From positions 2,911 through 66,910 of the forward strand of contig JBBQKF010000005.1 of NCBI GenBank assembly GCA_038326615.1: a stretch of 64,000 nucleotides of DNA, given 5' to 3'. Made by a program: the position numbers and the translations under genes. This DNA comes from Saccharofermentanales bacterium. GTDB taxonomy: Bacteria > Bacillota > Clostridia > Saccharofermentanales > UBA5734. Under the pieces are notes generated by a model that saw only the letters and a program-made list of their open reading frames with translations, was not told the origin of the DNA and did no database searches. This document shows positions 47,242 to 56,106 of the stretch, one piece after another. Within the stretch, counting starts at the first letter, position 1, and the number at the start of each line of letters is the position of its first letter.

Positions 47242-48092
47242 AAAATATAGAAAGTGATCCTACAAAAACAGACAAATCCGAAGAGAATGACTCATTAAAA
47301 ACCGATAATCTATCTGAAATAAAACCTTCTCAGGAAATCAAATTACCTGAAATCGAAATTCCAGGACCCCCTGGTAAAGTTGCCAATTTTATTAAAAATA
47401 TTCCACACGTTTTCTGGATTATCGGAATAGCAATTTTTTTGGTGCTTTTATCGATAATCATGCCGCTTTCTATATGGACAGCCCTTTGGGCGGTACTAAA
47501 AAGCCAGTATGTTATTGTTTGCTTGGTACTTGTTTTTTCAATGGTGGCGGTTTCTCTTGTATGGTCAATCGGTCAGCGAATCGACGTCTGGGTTTTCATG
47601 TTTTTTAACATGCATGGGAAACGATCGATATGGTTTGACCGGATAATGCTTGGAATTACACAGCTTGGTAATTTTGTTTTTGCATTGATAGTTGCTTTAG
47701 GCTTGTTCTATAGAGGATATAATCTGCTGGCATATGAGCTTTTAATAGGTTTATTGACGTTGGGTTTGGTTGTGCAGATTATGAAAATTTTAATACATCG
47801 CACAAGGCCCTACATCAAATTAGAGAACATAAGGATTATCGGCTCGCGCGCAAGTGGGCAATCATTCCCAAGTGGGCATACTGCTCAGGCTTTTTTGATG
47901 GTGACGTTGATTCTTCAATATTTCCAAATTCCATTATTTGGATGGGTGTCCTTATATCTTTTGGCTTTGGTTGTTGGAATCACGCGGATTTATGTTGGGA
48001 TGCACTATCCAAGAGATGTTATCGGAGGTGCTATTATCGGCGTGACATGGGGATTGCTTGGCGTAATTGTTAACAGTTATATTTTTGGTTAG
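47238..48092 (+). CDS. PAP2-family lipid phosphate phosphatase, copy 1
   Basis: The three PAP2 motifs are KILIHRTRP, PSGHTAQAF and TRIYVGMHYPRDVIGG. It has a TTG start after GGAGGG and a TTGA overlap with the kinase stop. Confidence 0.85.
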   Translation: MKNIESDPTKTDKSEENDSLKTDNLSEIKPSQEIKLPEIEIPGPPGKVANFIKNIPHVFWIIGIAIFLVLLSIIMPLSIWTALWAVLKSQYVIVCLVLVFSMVAVSLVWSIGQRIDVWVFMFFNMHGKRSIWFDRIMLGITQLGNFVFALIVALGLFYRGYNLLAYELLIGLLTLGLVVQIMKILIHRTRPYIKLENIRIIGSRASGQSFPSGHTAQAFLMVTLILQYFQIPLFGWVSLYLLALVVGITRIYVGMHYPRDVIGGAIIGVTWGLLGVIVNSYIFG

Positions 48093-48150
48093 ATTTTTTT
48101 CAATTCAAAAATAGGGGGTCAGCAAAAATTTTTCTGTTTTAATCAGTGTA

Positions 48151-48178
48151 TAAAAAACCACCCTCAATTTGAGAGTGG
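48151..48178 (-). terminator. terminator of the Lys-rich protein gene (possibly bidirectional)
   Basis: CCACCCTC (48158-48165) pairs with GAGAGTGG (48171-48178) with one mismatch. On the minus strand it is followed by TTTTTT. Confidence 0.6.
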
Positions 48179-48275
48179 CATTAAAGTTTCTTTTATTTTT
48201 ATTACTAGATATGTGAGATATTACTCTGACTCCAAGTTCAGATATCGACGAATTGCTGGTTGCTTTAAACCATTC

Positions 48276-48887
48276 TCATTCTTTGATTTCCAATAATTTC
48301 GGTTCACAGAGCTTTCTCTTATTGTTTGAAATTCTGCCGCATTTTCTGCAGATCCATACCGGATTGATAACCAGAAGTTTGTATTCATTGAAATCATCAA
48401 GCAGATATCCCTTTTTTACCAATTTGCAAAGTGTGTATTTTGCGATTTTAGAATTTTTGTTATCCTTTTTATCCTTTTTATCTTTTTTGTCCTTTTTATC
48501 TTTTTCATTATTTTCCAGCATTTTGTTTTTTTTCTTACTTTTTTCCGTTTTAACATTTTTCATTTCTTCTATGGGAGCTGCAAATATCAATTCCATATCT
48601 TTTTGCGTCAATTTCTTCTCTGGAGTTTTTTTTGCAATTTCTTCCCCCATTTCATCTACAATAGGTTGCTTAAGTAGTTCTTCAACTGGAACTTGTGTGA
48701 TTACTGGTTCTTTTTTAGCTGTTTCTAAAGACTTTGTTCCTTCTGTTCCCTTTTTTTCTATTGTTTTCGTTACCTTTTTTACTACCGCTCTTCTCCGTGG
48801 GGGCCTGCTAATAATCTTTTCTTCTTTTGGCTTGATTATTGAATCCGATTCGGTCACTTTTTTCTCCTGGATTTCTTTCTGTTCCAT
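48276..48887 (-). CDS. lysine-rich protein with (KDK)n repeat and a C-terminal Cys-containing (zinc-ribbon-like) domain
   Basis: The ATG follows GGAGG at a 7-nt spacing. EKDKKDKKDKKDKKDNKNSK is encoded by a 9-bp repeat at about 48461-48506. The C-terminus is YTLCKLV...PVWICRKCGRISNNKRKLCEP. The overlapping plus-strand ORF (TTG start, F/L/S-rich) is judged a shadow ORF. Confidence 0.65.
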   Translation of the reverse strand: MEQKEIQEKKVTESDSIIKPKEEKIISRPPRRRAVVKKVTKTIEKKGTEGTKSLETAKKEPVITQVPVEELLKQPIVDEMGEEIAKKTPEKKLTQKDMELIFAAPIEEMKNVKTEKSKKKNKMLENNEKDKKDKKDKKDKKDNKNSKIAKYTLCKLVKKGYLLDDFNEYKLLVINPVWICRKCGRISNNKRKLCEPKLLEIKE

Positions 48888-49037
48888 TGGATAGCCTCCT
48901 TCTCAATAATAAATTGTTATACAAAATTTTTGCATATTTCATTTCTGAAAAGCAATTTGCTTTCCTGTTTATTTATTTTAACACATTTTCTCGTTTATTG
49001 TATTTTCTTTTATCATTATTTAATCTATTTTTTACAA

Positions 49038-49063
49038 TTGACAAATTAGAAATGTGATATAAT
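49038..49063 (+). promoter_or_regulatory. putative extended -10 promoter of ppx-ppk1
   Basis: TGaTATAAT (TG at 49055-49056, TATAAT at 49058-49063). TTGACA at 49038-49043 sits at a short 14-nt spacing. Confidence 0.4.
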
Positions 49064-49121
49064 GGTGGAAATGCTACAGTAAAATGGTTCACAATTAAAA
49101 TGAATGTTGAAAGGATGAGAT

Positions 49122-50027
49122 ATGCTCCACGCACTGGTCGACCTAGGATCTAACTCGATTCGCCTATCAGTATATAAATATAGAGACAATAAAATCATTC
49201 CTCTGATTAATAAGAAAGAAATGGTCGGATTGGCTGGATATGTTATCAATGGCAGTCTGACCGAAGCTGGGATTAGAAATGCAATTACTGTTTTAGCTGG
49301 TTATAAGGAGATCATCAAGAATTTTGGAATCCCCCATATGCATGTTTTCGCCACTGCTTCTCTAAGGAATATAAACAACACACAAGATGTCCTGGAACGA
49401 ATCCGTCAGGCGACCACCATTAATGTTGATGTTCTATCTGGGGTTGAGGAAGCGCGTCTAGATTTTGTTGGAGCGACTTATTTCTTAAAAAAGAACCGTG
49501 GAATTCTGGTTGATATCGGCGGCGGTAGTACGGAACTAGTTGTGTTTGAAGGAAATACGATTCAGAAATTGACGAGTATTCCGATTGGCTCTCTGAATTT
49601 ATATGTGAATAATGTAAAGAAAATTCTGCCGGATACGAGCGAACGCAAAAAAATCAAAAAGAGAATTGATGAGCAGCTTGATTCCTTAAACTGGAAAAAA
49701 TTGGGCTCTTCATATGAATTGTGCGGAATCGGCGGAACAGTACGTGGATGTTTCAGAATATGTCAGGAATTGTTTTATGAAAATAAGGATATGAAGTTTA
49801 TTACTCCCTCAGACATCAAAAAAGTTGTAAACCTCCTAGAACAGAAAGACCTGACGAGTTTCAAGGATATCTACCGGATTGTACCGGAGAGAATTTTTAC
49901 AATCACTCCGGGAATCATGATTTTAAATGAAACAATCAAACGGTTCAAGCCTGAGACCATCACATTAAGTAAGACTGGTTTACGTGAGGGGTATCTGATT
50001 GACCAGATATTGAAAGTTGGGATATAG
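49122..50027 (+). CDS. ppx: exopolyphosphatase (Ppx/GppA family)
   Basis: An ASKHA-fold N-terminus (ALVDLGSNSIRLSVY, DIGGGSTELV). 301 aa, immediately upstream of ppk1. Confidence 0.85.
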   Translation: MLHALVDLGSNSIRLSVYKYRDNKIIPLINKKEMVGLAGYVINGSLTEAGIRNAITVLAGYKEIIKNFGIPHMHVFATASLRNINNTQDVLERIRQATTINVDVLSGVEEARLDFVGATYFLKKNRGILVDIGGGSTELVVFEGNTIQKLTSIPIGSLNLYVNNVKKILPDTSERKKIKKRIDEQLDSLNWKKLGSSYELCGIGGTVRGCFRICQELFYENKDMKFITPSDIKKVVNLLEQKDLTSFKDIYRIVPERIFTITPGIMILNETIKRFKPETITLSKTGLREGYLIDQILKVGI

Positions 50028-50031
50028 GAAT

Positions 50032-52167
50032 ATGGATGATGACCTTTTGTACATGCAAAACCGCGAGCTATCATGGCTGAAATTCAATACCAGGGTCTTG
50101 GAAGAAGCGATCAGCGAGGCAAATCCTCTGCTGGAAAGGCTGAAATTCGCCTCCATTTTCACAAGCAATCTAGATGAATTTTTTATGATTAGAGTAGGTA
50201 GCCTTACCGACATCGCCCATTTTAACCCCACCTATCAGGACAATAAAACAGGTATGCTCCCCCAAAGGCAACTAGACTTGATTTACAAAGACTGCATCCA
50301 TCTTTATAAAATGAGAAATCATGCTCTCCATCTCATAAATCGAAATCTTTCCGACTTTGGCATCCAGCAAAAAAGGATAGAGGATTTACGAAAATCAGAA
50401 AGGAAAGAATTAGAAGTTATTTTTCTTTCACAGATTCTTCCTTTTCTTTCTCCTCAGATTATCGATTCCAGGCATCCATTCCCGCACCTTGATAACAAAC
50501 ATCTTCATGTTGCTACCACACTAGAATCAAAGGACCATGAGTTATTCGGCTTGATTCCGATTCCTAAATCGATGGAACGTCTGTTTTTCCTAAAAGATCA
50601 TTCCTTAATATTCCTCCTAATAGAGGACATCATTCTGTATTTTGCACACCATGTCTTCGAGACCTATACAGTCCGAGAAAAAACGGTTATTGCTGTTACA
50701 CGGAATGCAGACATCGATGCAGACGCGGGATTTTACGATGAGGAAATTGATTACATGACTCATATGAAAAATCTTATACAAAAGCGCAAACGGCTATCTC
50801 CAGTAAGACTTGAGTTGCAAAACGATGTCAGTGCGAAATTCTTGAAATATTTCTGCAAAAAATTTAAATTGAATCAAGAACAAATTTTTATCTCAGAAAG
50901 CCCCCTTGATCTTTCTTATGTTTTCGCCCTTGAAGACAGGATTCCTTCAGTTGTCAAACGGGAACTTTGTTTTCCAGCATTCACACCCGCTCTGCTTTAT
51001 AATGTGTCCGAATCATCGAATATGATGCAGGAAGTGGAAAAAAAGGATTTCCTACTTTCTTATCCATACGAAAGTATGCAACCTTTCTTGAAATTGATAA
51101 ATGAGGCGGCGCATGATGTTCATACAGTTTCGATAAAAATAACCCTTTACCGCATAGACAAGCAGTCAAAACTTGCGGAAAGTCTCATTTATGCTGCGGA
51201 AAACGGAAAAGACATCACAGTTATTATAGAGCTTCGTGCACGATTTGACGAGCAGAACAACATAGAATGGTCCCAGCGGTTGGAGGAAGCCGGATGCCGA
51301 GTCATTTACGGAACCGGTGGATACAAAGTCCATTCGAAAATATGCCTGATAACAAGACATACAAAGAATAATATCCAATACATCACGCAGATTGGCACCG
51401 GAAATTACAACGAAAAAACCTCGAAAATCTATACGGATTTATCTCTCATTACAGCGAACCAGGAAATCGGCAGGGATGCTATGAATTTTTTTAGGCATAT
51501 GTCTGTGGGGAATTTAAACGGTGAATACGTTTGTTTGTGGGTGGCTCCCAATTTTTTCGAATGCAATATTCTCGCAGGAATAGATGGAGAAATTGCCAAA
51601 GCCAAGAATGGCGGTTCAGGGGAGATTATTTTCAAAATCAACTCTCTAACAGAAAAAGTCATTGTAGAGAAGTTGATGGAGGCCTCTTGCAGTGGAGTGA
51701 AAATCAAACTGATTGTTCGCGGAATATGTTGTATCATCCCAGGTATTGCTGGTCAAACTGAGAATATAGAAGTAATAAGCATCGTGGGGAGATTTCTTGA
51801 ACATTCGAGAATTTATTGTTTTGGAAACGATGTGGACCAAAGGATTTATATTGCCTCGGCCGATCTGATGACCCGTAATATGAAAAGAAGGGTGGAGATT
51901 GCATGTCCACTAATGGATTCCTCGCTTAAAACAAAAGTATACGGGTTACTGACGGTCATGCTCAAGGACAATGTTAAAGCAAGACAGCAGAATGCGGACG
52001 GCACCTATTCATATGTTCCTTCCGAGGATGCTACTGCAGTTAATTCGCAGGAATTTTTCATGAAACAGGCGCAAAAAGATGCCCAAGCGAAATTCTCCAC
52101 ACATACTATCCCTATTAAAACAGATAGATTCAAAAAATTCCTCCGGATCTTTTTTAAGAAAGCATAA
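50032..52167 (+). CDS. ppk: polyphosphate kinase 1
   Basis: NRELSWLKFNTRVLEEA is the PPK1 N-terminal signature. There are two PLD-like C-domains (YKVHSKICLI..., FLEHSRIYCF). The ATG at 50032 is preferred over the track start at 50017. Confidence 0.95.
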   Translation: MDDDLLYMQNRELSWLKFNTRVLEEAISEANPLLERLKFASIFTSNLDEFFMIRVGSLTDIAHFNPTYQDNKTGMLPQRQLDLIYKDCIHLYKMRNHALHLINRNLSDFGIQQKRIEDLRKSERKELEVIFLSQILPFLSPQIIDSRHPFPHLDNKHLHVATTLESKDHELFGLIPIPKSMERLFFLKDHSLIFLLIEDIILYFAHHVFETYTVREKTVIAVTRNADIDADAGFYDEEIDYMTHMKNLIQKRKRLSPVRLELQNDVSAKFLKYFCKKFKLNQEQIFISESPLDLSYVFALEDRIPSVVKRELCFPAFTPALLYNVSESSNMMQEVEKKDFLLSYPYESMQPFLKLINEAAHDVHTVSIKITLYRIDKQSKLAESLIYAAENGKDITVIIELRARFDEQNNIEWSQRLEEAGCRVIYGTGGYKVHSKICLITRHTKNNIQYITQIGTGNYNEKTSKIYTDLSLITANQEIGRDAMNFFRHMSVGNLNGEYVCLWVAPNFFECNILAGIDGEIAKAKNGGSGEIIFKINSLTEKVIVEKLMEASCSGVKIKLIVRGICCIIPGIAGQTENIEVISIVGRFLEHSRIYCFGNDVDQRIYIASADLMTRNMKRRVEIACPLMDSSLKTKVYGLLTVMLKDNVKARQQNADGTYSYVPSEDATAVNSQEFFMKQAQKDAQAKFSTHTIPIKTDRFKKFLRIFFKKA

Positions 52168-52313
52168 ACTCCCAGCCCTTGTGACCTACTCTCACCACCT
52201 GTAGAGGTGGGAGCTTCTTGGGAAGTACAAACTAATGTTCGCATTATTACCAAGCGATTCCCCGTCAGCCCGACGGTCCTTTATATTTTCATAGTATACA
52301 ACAAGATTGAGTA
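52168..52313 (-). ncRNA. structured right-end / omega-RNA-like segment of an IS200/IS605-type (TnpB) element remnant
   Basis: Directly 3' of the TnpB remnant stop there is a run of short GC-rich hairpins on the minus strand (CCGTC-GGGCT-GACGG, CTTC-CCAA-GAAG, CCACCT-CTAC-AGGTGG). The segment is G+C-rich relative to its surroundings. Confidence 0.4.
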
Positions 52314-52517
52314 TCAGGCTATCCCTAAAATTCTCAAGCCCTCATATCTTAGATTCATTGCAGCATTTATATCCCTGTCGAGCACTTCGCCGCAGATGGA
52401 ACATTCCCAGATGCGATCTGCAAGGGTTAGTTCCCTGTTCCTGTAGTGACAGCAGCTACTCCCACCTATTCTTCTCGCATTCGCGAGTAAGGTTGAATAG
52501 AGGAGGGAGATTTCTTG
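52314..52517 (-). pseudogene. tnpB: C-terminal fragment of a TnpB (IS200/IS605 OrfB, RuvC-III/zinc-finger) gene
   Basis: The minus-strand frame reads ...GGSSCCHYRNRELTLADRIWECSICGEVLDRDINAAMNLRYEGLRILGIA*. This matches the TnpB C-terminus (TSQxCxxCG...L.LSDR.W.C..CG...DRDxNAAxNI). No N-terminal part remains. Confidence 0.7.
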
Positions 52518-54136
52518 CTACATGAGGTTAAAGGTACTAGGTCTTTCATCAATTTGAGTGCGGAAACCTTCTTCTCGATCCCTCCGAACTCCCTCATAAG
52601 ACCCTCCTGTTTTAAATCCAGCCATTCGCAATACCGGATTGATATTTCCGGCGGTCCCGGCCATTTTTCGGAAAGTTGTCTAAAAACAGCGATGTCGTTA
52701 ATTTTTCCTAAATAATCTTGAATCTCTTTGAAAATCGCAGTCTGCCGCGCTTTATCATTCAGAATGGCGTTGGAGAAATATTCACTGGCATATCGAAGCT
52801 TCTTGATTCTAATCCTTGTCGGATGAATAGTTTCGATCCTGTTTTTGTCATGTTTTGGAATTCCCATTAGAATTTTTTCGATCCACTTAGAGAACCGCTC
52901 TTCCGAATACTGTCCGATTGAGGATTTTTTCGGATGTTTTTCCTTGTACAGCCATTCATTCAAAGTAAGAACCATCGGAGTTACTCCCCCGGTAGCAAGA
53001 AATCCCTGCAAATTTGATTCCCTTTTTTTTCTGACCTCTTTTAGTGCTCGGAGCATTTCTTCATATTCGGTATCAAGTTGAGTCGCGTGTCCTAGATCCT
53101 CTAGGATCTGCTGTTTAGGGTCTTCTAGGGGTTTCTGCTTAGGGTCTTCTAGAGGTTTCGGTTTAGGGTCTACTAGAGGTTTCTGTTTAGGGTCTTCTAG
53201 AGGTTTCTGTTTAGGGTCTACTAGTGGCTTCTGTTTAGGGTCTACTAGTGGATTTCGTTTAGGGTCCTCTTGGGACTCTTGTCCATGGTACTCTAATGCA
53301 TGTTTCTCTGTTGCAAATTCGATCCATGATTCGATAAAAACATCGAGATTTCGCAGTCCTTCGGTTTTTTGAATAAATTTTCGAAAAATCGTCTGAAGAG
53401 TTTTGTATTTTTTTGATTTAACAATCGGTTTTGCAAAGCTAAAAACCGACCGGATATGTCTAGTCCAGACCCGTAAATCATGCAGATTTTCTATGTCTTC
53501 CGGATTGGATTCGTATTTTTCAATCGATTTTTCGATTTTTCGGAGGCAGAATCCAATTGCATACTGGATGGTGTCAAGACAGTTTTTTTCTGGATCCGGT
53601 ATTACGTACTCTTCTTTTTTGGAATGCGCGTCAGGTGCGAATCCTATTTTAACTACCGAAGCCAATGCGATGAGCTGTTTGGGTTGGTGAAACCAGAGTA
53701 ACCGACCTTCAGAAAATTGCTCCTCCTTAGTTGAAAAAGCGGCTGCAGCACCTTTTTTGAATGGCAACGCAATCCCGCACAATTGCTTGCTCCATTCACT
53801 CATAGTGGGCTCATGCCCAACAATTATAAGACATTCGAATTTTGTTCCACTTTTGATTTGAGTTGACAATTTGCTGAAATTTCCATCCAGTATAAACGGA
53901 TAGGTCGTAATTTCCGAAATATTCAGGGTTTCAGCAATTATCTTTGCTGTCTGATGTGCACGAACAAACGGGCTTGTCCACAAATGCTTCTTATCGTATT
54001 CTTCGAGAAGTTTTCCAATCCCTTTTGCGGCTTTCTTGAATTTTTTAACGCCCTTAGTAGTTAGGTTGCGCTCTTCATCAACGATATTTTGCGTTAGTTC
54101 CTGTGCAATCCCATGTCTAACTAAAACAATCAGCAT
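52466..54136 (-). CDS. SixA-like histidine phosphatase fused to a CHAD domain, with an internal Pro/Lys octapeptide repeat
   Basis: The N-terminus MLIVLVRHGIAQE carries the RHG motif, and IIVGHEPTMSEW carries the GHxP motif. The C-terminal ~380 aa are helical and His/Arg-rich in a CHAD-like way (LHDLRVWTRHIRS, IHPTRIRIKKLRYASE). The ATG at 54136 lies 7 nt after GAGGGGG. Confidence 0.7.
   Translation of the reverse strand: MLIVLVRHGIAQELTQNIVDEERNLTTKGVKKFKKAAKGIGKLLEEYDKKHLWTSPFVRAHQTAKIIAETLNISEITTYPFILDGNFSKLSTQIKSGTKFECLIIVGHEPTMSEWSKQLCGIALPFKKGAAAAFSTKEEQFSEGRLLWFHQPKQLIALASVVKIGFAPDAHSKKEEYVIPDPEKNCLDTIQYAIGFCLRKIEKSIEKYESNPEDIENLHDLRVWTRHIRSVFSFAKPIVKSKKYKTLQTIFRKFIQKTEGLRNLDVFIESWIEFATEKHALEYHGQESQEDPKRNPLVDPKQKPLVDPKQKPLEDPKQKPLVDPKPKPLEDPKQKPLEDPKQQILEDLGHATQLDTEYEEMLRALKEVRKKRESNLQGFLATGGVTPMVLTLNEWLYKEKHPKKSSIGQYSEERFSKWIEKILMGIPKHDKNRIETIHPTRIRIKKLRYASEYFSNAILNDKARQTAIFKEIQDYLGKINDIAVFRQLSEKWPGPPEISIRYCEWLDLKQEGLMREFGGIEKKVSALKLMKDLVPLTSCSKKSPSSIQPYSRMREE
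53108..53272. repeat. in-frame 24-bp tandem repeat (about 7 units) encoding DPKQKPL(V/E)
   Basis: CTGTTTAGGGTCT(T/A)CTAG(A/T)GG(T/C)TT is reiterated. The protein reads PLVDPKQKPLVDPKQKPLEDPKQKPLVDPKPKPLEDPKQKPLEDPKQQ. Confidence 0.9.
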
Positions 54137-54508
54137 CCACATTCCCCCTCGTTTATTTATAATATCAATATAGTAATCATACATTAGATTATACTTCAGC
54201 ATAAATTGACTGTAAAATTGTTTGGGTTCGTATCTATTAAATCCTGTTTGTATCTATAGCTTTATTGCTAAATCGATTTCTGTTCTTTACAATTAACTAT
54301 CGAAGATTAAAATGAAAGTTGGATAGAATAGTAAATTTAGCGAGTGAAAACAGGTGCTGTGCCATGATATACATTAGCTTGACAATCCTTTTGATAGTTG
54401 TAAGGTTAATGTGATCCTATTATACCTACCACCTGCGGAGGTAACGAAATTTTTATAGAAGGAGGATGATTTATCCATTGCATTTGTGATGAATAAATCA
54501 AGGAGAAG

Positions 54509-54661
54509 ATGAAGAAATACACGATTAGTAATGCTGAGAAAATTAATCTCAAAAATTTTGATCCGGAAGACACGGACGGATTGTCAAAGGAAGATATCCA
54601 AGTAGAATATTTGAAATTACAGGAGAAATTCAAGTCTCGGTGCATCAGGGATTTTGACTAG
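54509..54661 (+). pseudogene. possible 5' fragment of a PPK2-family polyphosphate kinase gene (51 codons)
   Basis: AAGGAGAAG precedes the ATG at 54509. MKKYTISNAEKINLKNFDPEDTDGLSKEDIQVEYLKLQEKF resembles the PPK2 N-terminal region (Y.....F.L.DFD..DT.G..K.EA...L..L..LQ..LY). The frame then stops after 51 codons and no P-loop domain follows. Confidence 0.4.
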
Positions 54662-54762
54662 CGCAAGGGATCCAGTTTTTCTGTTTTGGCTTTTCCTGAA
54701 TTATTTGTAATGTTTCTTTCTAACATAATCAATCCTCCTACTTACTAAATTCATTTTCAAAT

Positions 54763-55233
54763 TCAATATTCTTCACGTATACCGAATTCCGCATCCTCGA
54801 CCCATATGCTTGGACGGTTAACCATTTTAATAATTTCTTTAAGTAATTTGTAATGCTCTTCTTCTTGTTTAATAAGAAATTTGAAAAACTCTTCGTCTCC
54901 TTTTGATTCAGATAAAAGTTTTTTATAAAGGTCTATGCTAGCTTGTTCCATTATCAACGCTTTTCTATATACATCAATTTGCTTAGGACTGCTTTTTTCA
55001 AAATCGAATTCAGTGGTGTTATTGAAGACATTTTTTATGCTGGCAATATTTTCCTGCAGTGGAAAATCAATGTTTACTTCTTTATCTTTGATTATTTTTG
55101 CATGTCTTTCTTCGTCTTTTGCAAGTGAAATAAACACTACGTGGAGAGTATTATCCTTGTTCTCCAATGCTTGTTCTCTATAAAACATCTCGCCGTCCGA
55201 TTCCATTTGTATTGCATAATCCGAAATATTCAT
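54763..55233 (-). CDS. ferritin-like (rubrerythrin-family four-helix-bundle) protein
   Basis: There are two E...E..H-type half motifs (MESDGEMFYREQA...LAKDEERHAKII and IMEQASIDLYKKL...LIKQEEEHYKLL). The ATG at 55233 follows AAGGAGGAG. The track ORF is over-extended. Confidence 0.65.
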   Translation of the reverse strand: MNISDYAIQMESDGEMFYREQALENKDNTLHVVFISLAKDEERHAKIIKDKEVNIDFPLQENIASIKNVFNNTTEFDFEKSSPKQIDVYRKALIMEQASIDLYKKLLSESKGDEEFFKFLIKQEEEHYKLLKEIIKMVNRPSIWVEDAEFGIREEY

Positions 55234-55295
55234 GGCGCTCCTCCTTATTGTAATTATTGTAATAATTGTAATTATATCAATGGTGTCTAATGCAA

Positions 55296-56069
55296 TCACG
55301 TTTTTTTATTCATGGCTTCTGTTTGTTTTACGAAAAAGTGTAATTTTCCCCATCGATAAAAACGAATAAATCCCAATAAACAGACTGTTCCTAATAAGTA
55401 TCCTCCGAGAACATCACTTGCCCAATGCTCGCCGCTATAAATCCGCGAAAACCCGACTAGGACGACGTGTATCCCAAATACAATAAGCAGAACAGTTCGA
55501 ATCCATGACGGTTTCAGTAGTGAAAAAATCAAGAAACAGATAAACCCAAAAAAAGCTGTATAATACATGACATGTCCACTTGGGAAGCTATAGCTATTTA
55601 ATATTTTATCTATACTAAGCACGCCAACAGCAGGTCTTGGACGGTGAATAAGTATTTTAATCAGAAAATTCAGTAACGAAACGATAGACGCGGTAAAAAG
55701 AGAAGCAGTCGCTTCCCAGTGATATCCAAAAAGGAAAATAATCACAATTATAATCAATGTAACAATAAATGCTTGGGGTGAAAAGCCGACCCAGCTAATA
55801 AAAGTCATCAATCCCCCAAAAAAGGGATTTGCAAGGGATTGCAACCCTTGGCTGATACTCAAGTCGAAAGTAAATGAAGGAATAGTGAAAACAAGAAATG
55901 CCAATATAGCAAAAGCTAAAATCAATATTCCAACACCCAGGTTGAATCGAAGCACTTTTCTTCGCTGTGCCTGCGGTGTCGAGGTCTTGTCTTTTACAAC
56001 TTCGATGGCTGCTTTTTGACCTTTGATTAATGGTTGAGGAATATTCTTTTTCATAATATATTCTTTCAC
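55296..56069 (-). CDS. PAP2-family lipid phosphate phosphatase, copy 2
   Basis: KILIHRPRP, FPSGHVMYY and SRIYSGEHWASDVLGG. Confidence 0.85.
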   Translation of the reverse strand: MKEYIMKKNIPQPLIKGQKAAIEVVKDKTSTPQAQRRKVLRFNLGVGILILAFAILAFLVFTIPSFTFDLSISQGLQSLANPFFGGLMTFISWVGFSPQAFIVTLIIIVIIFLFGYHWEATASLFTASIVSLLNFLIKILIHRPRPAVGVLSIDKILNSYSFPSGHVMYYTAFFGFICFLIFSLLKPSWIRTVLLIVFGIHVVLVGFSRIYSGEHWASDVLGGYLLGTVCLLGFIRFYRWGKLHFFVKQTEAMNKKT

Positions 56070-56106
56070 TTGTTACTATCTTAAATCCATTTTACCATAC
56101 TTCAGA

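Noticed and set aside
48253-48894. 213-aa plus-strand ORF (F/L/S-rich, with FLSFLSFLSF repeats) overlapping the Lys-rich gene.
   Set aside because: It starts at TTG without an SD, and its repeats are simply the complement of the (KDK)n-coding repeat. The minus-strand ORF has GGAGG-N7-ATG, a terminator and a structured Cys motif.
52005-52525. Track ORFs 52005-52253 (minus), 52207-52446 (plus) and 52307-52525 (plus) between ppk1 and the CHAD gene.
   Set aside because: None has a start context or recognisable motifs. The region is better explained by the TnpB C-terminal remnant (a different minus-strand frame) and its structured downstream segment.
54406-54645. 79-aa minus-strand ORF (MHRDLNFSCNFKYSTW…).
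   Set aside because: It lies antisense to the better-supported plus-strand ppk2-like fragment (SD plus ATG at 54509). It has no SD and a low-complexity hydrophobic composition.
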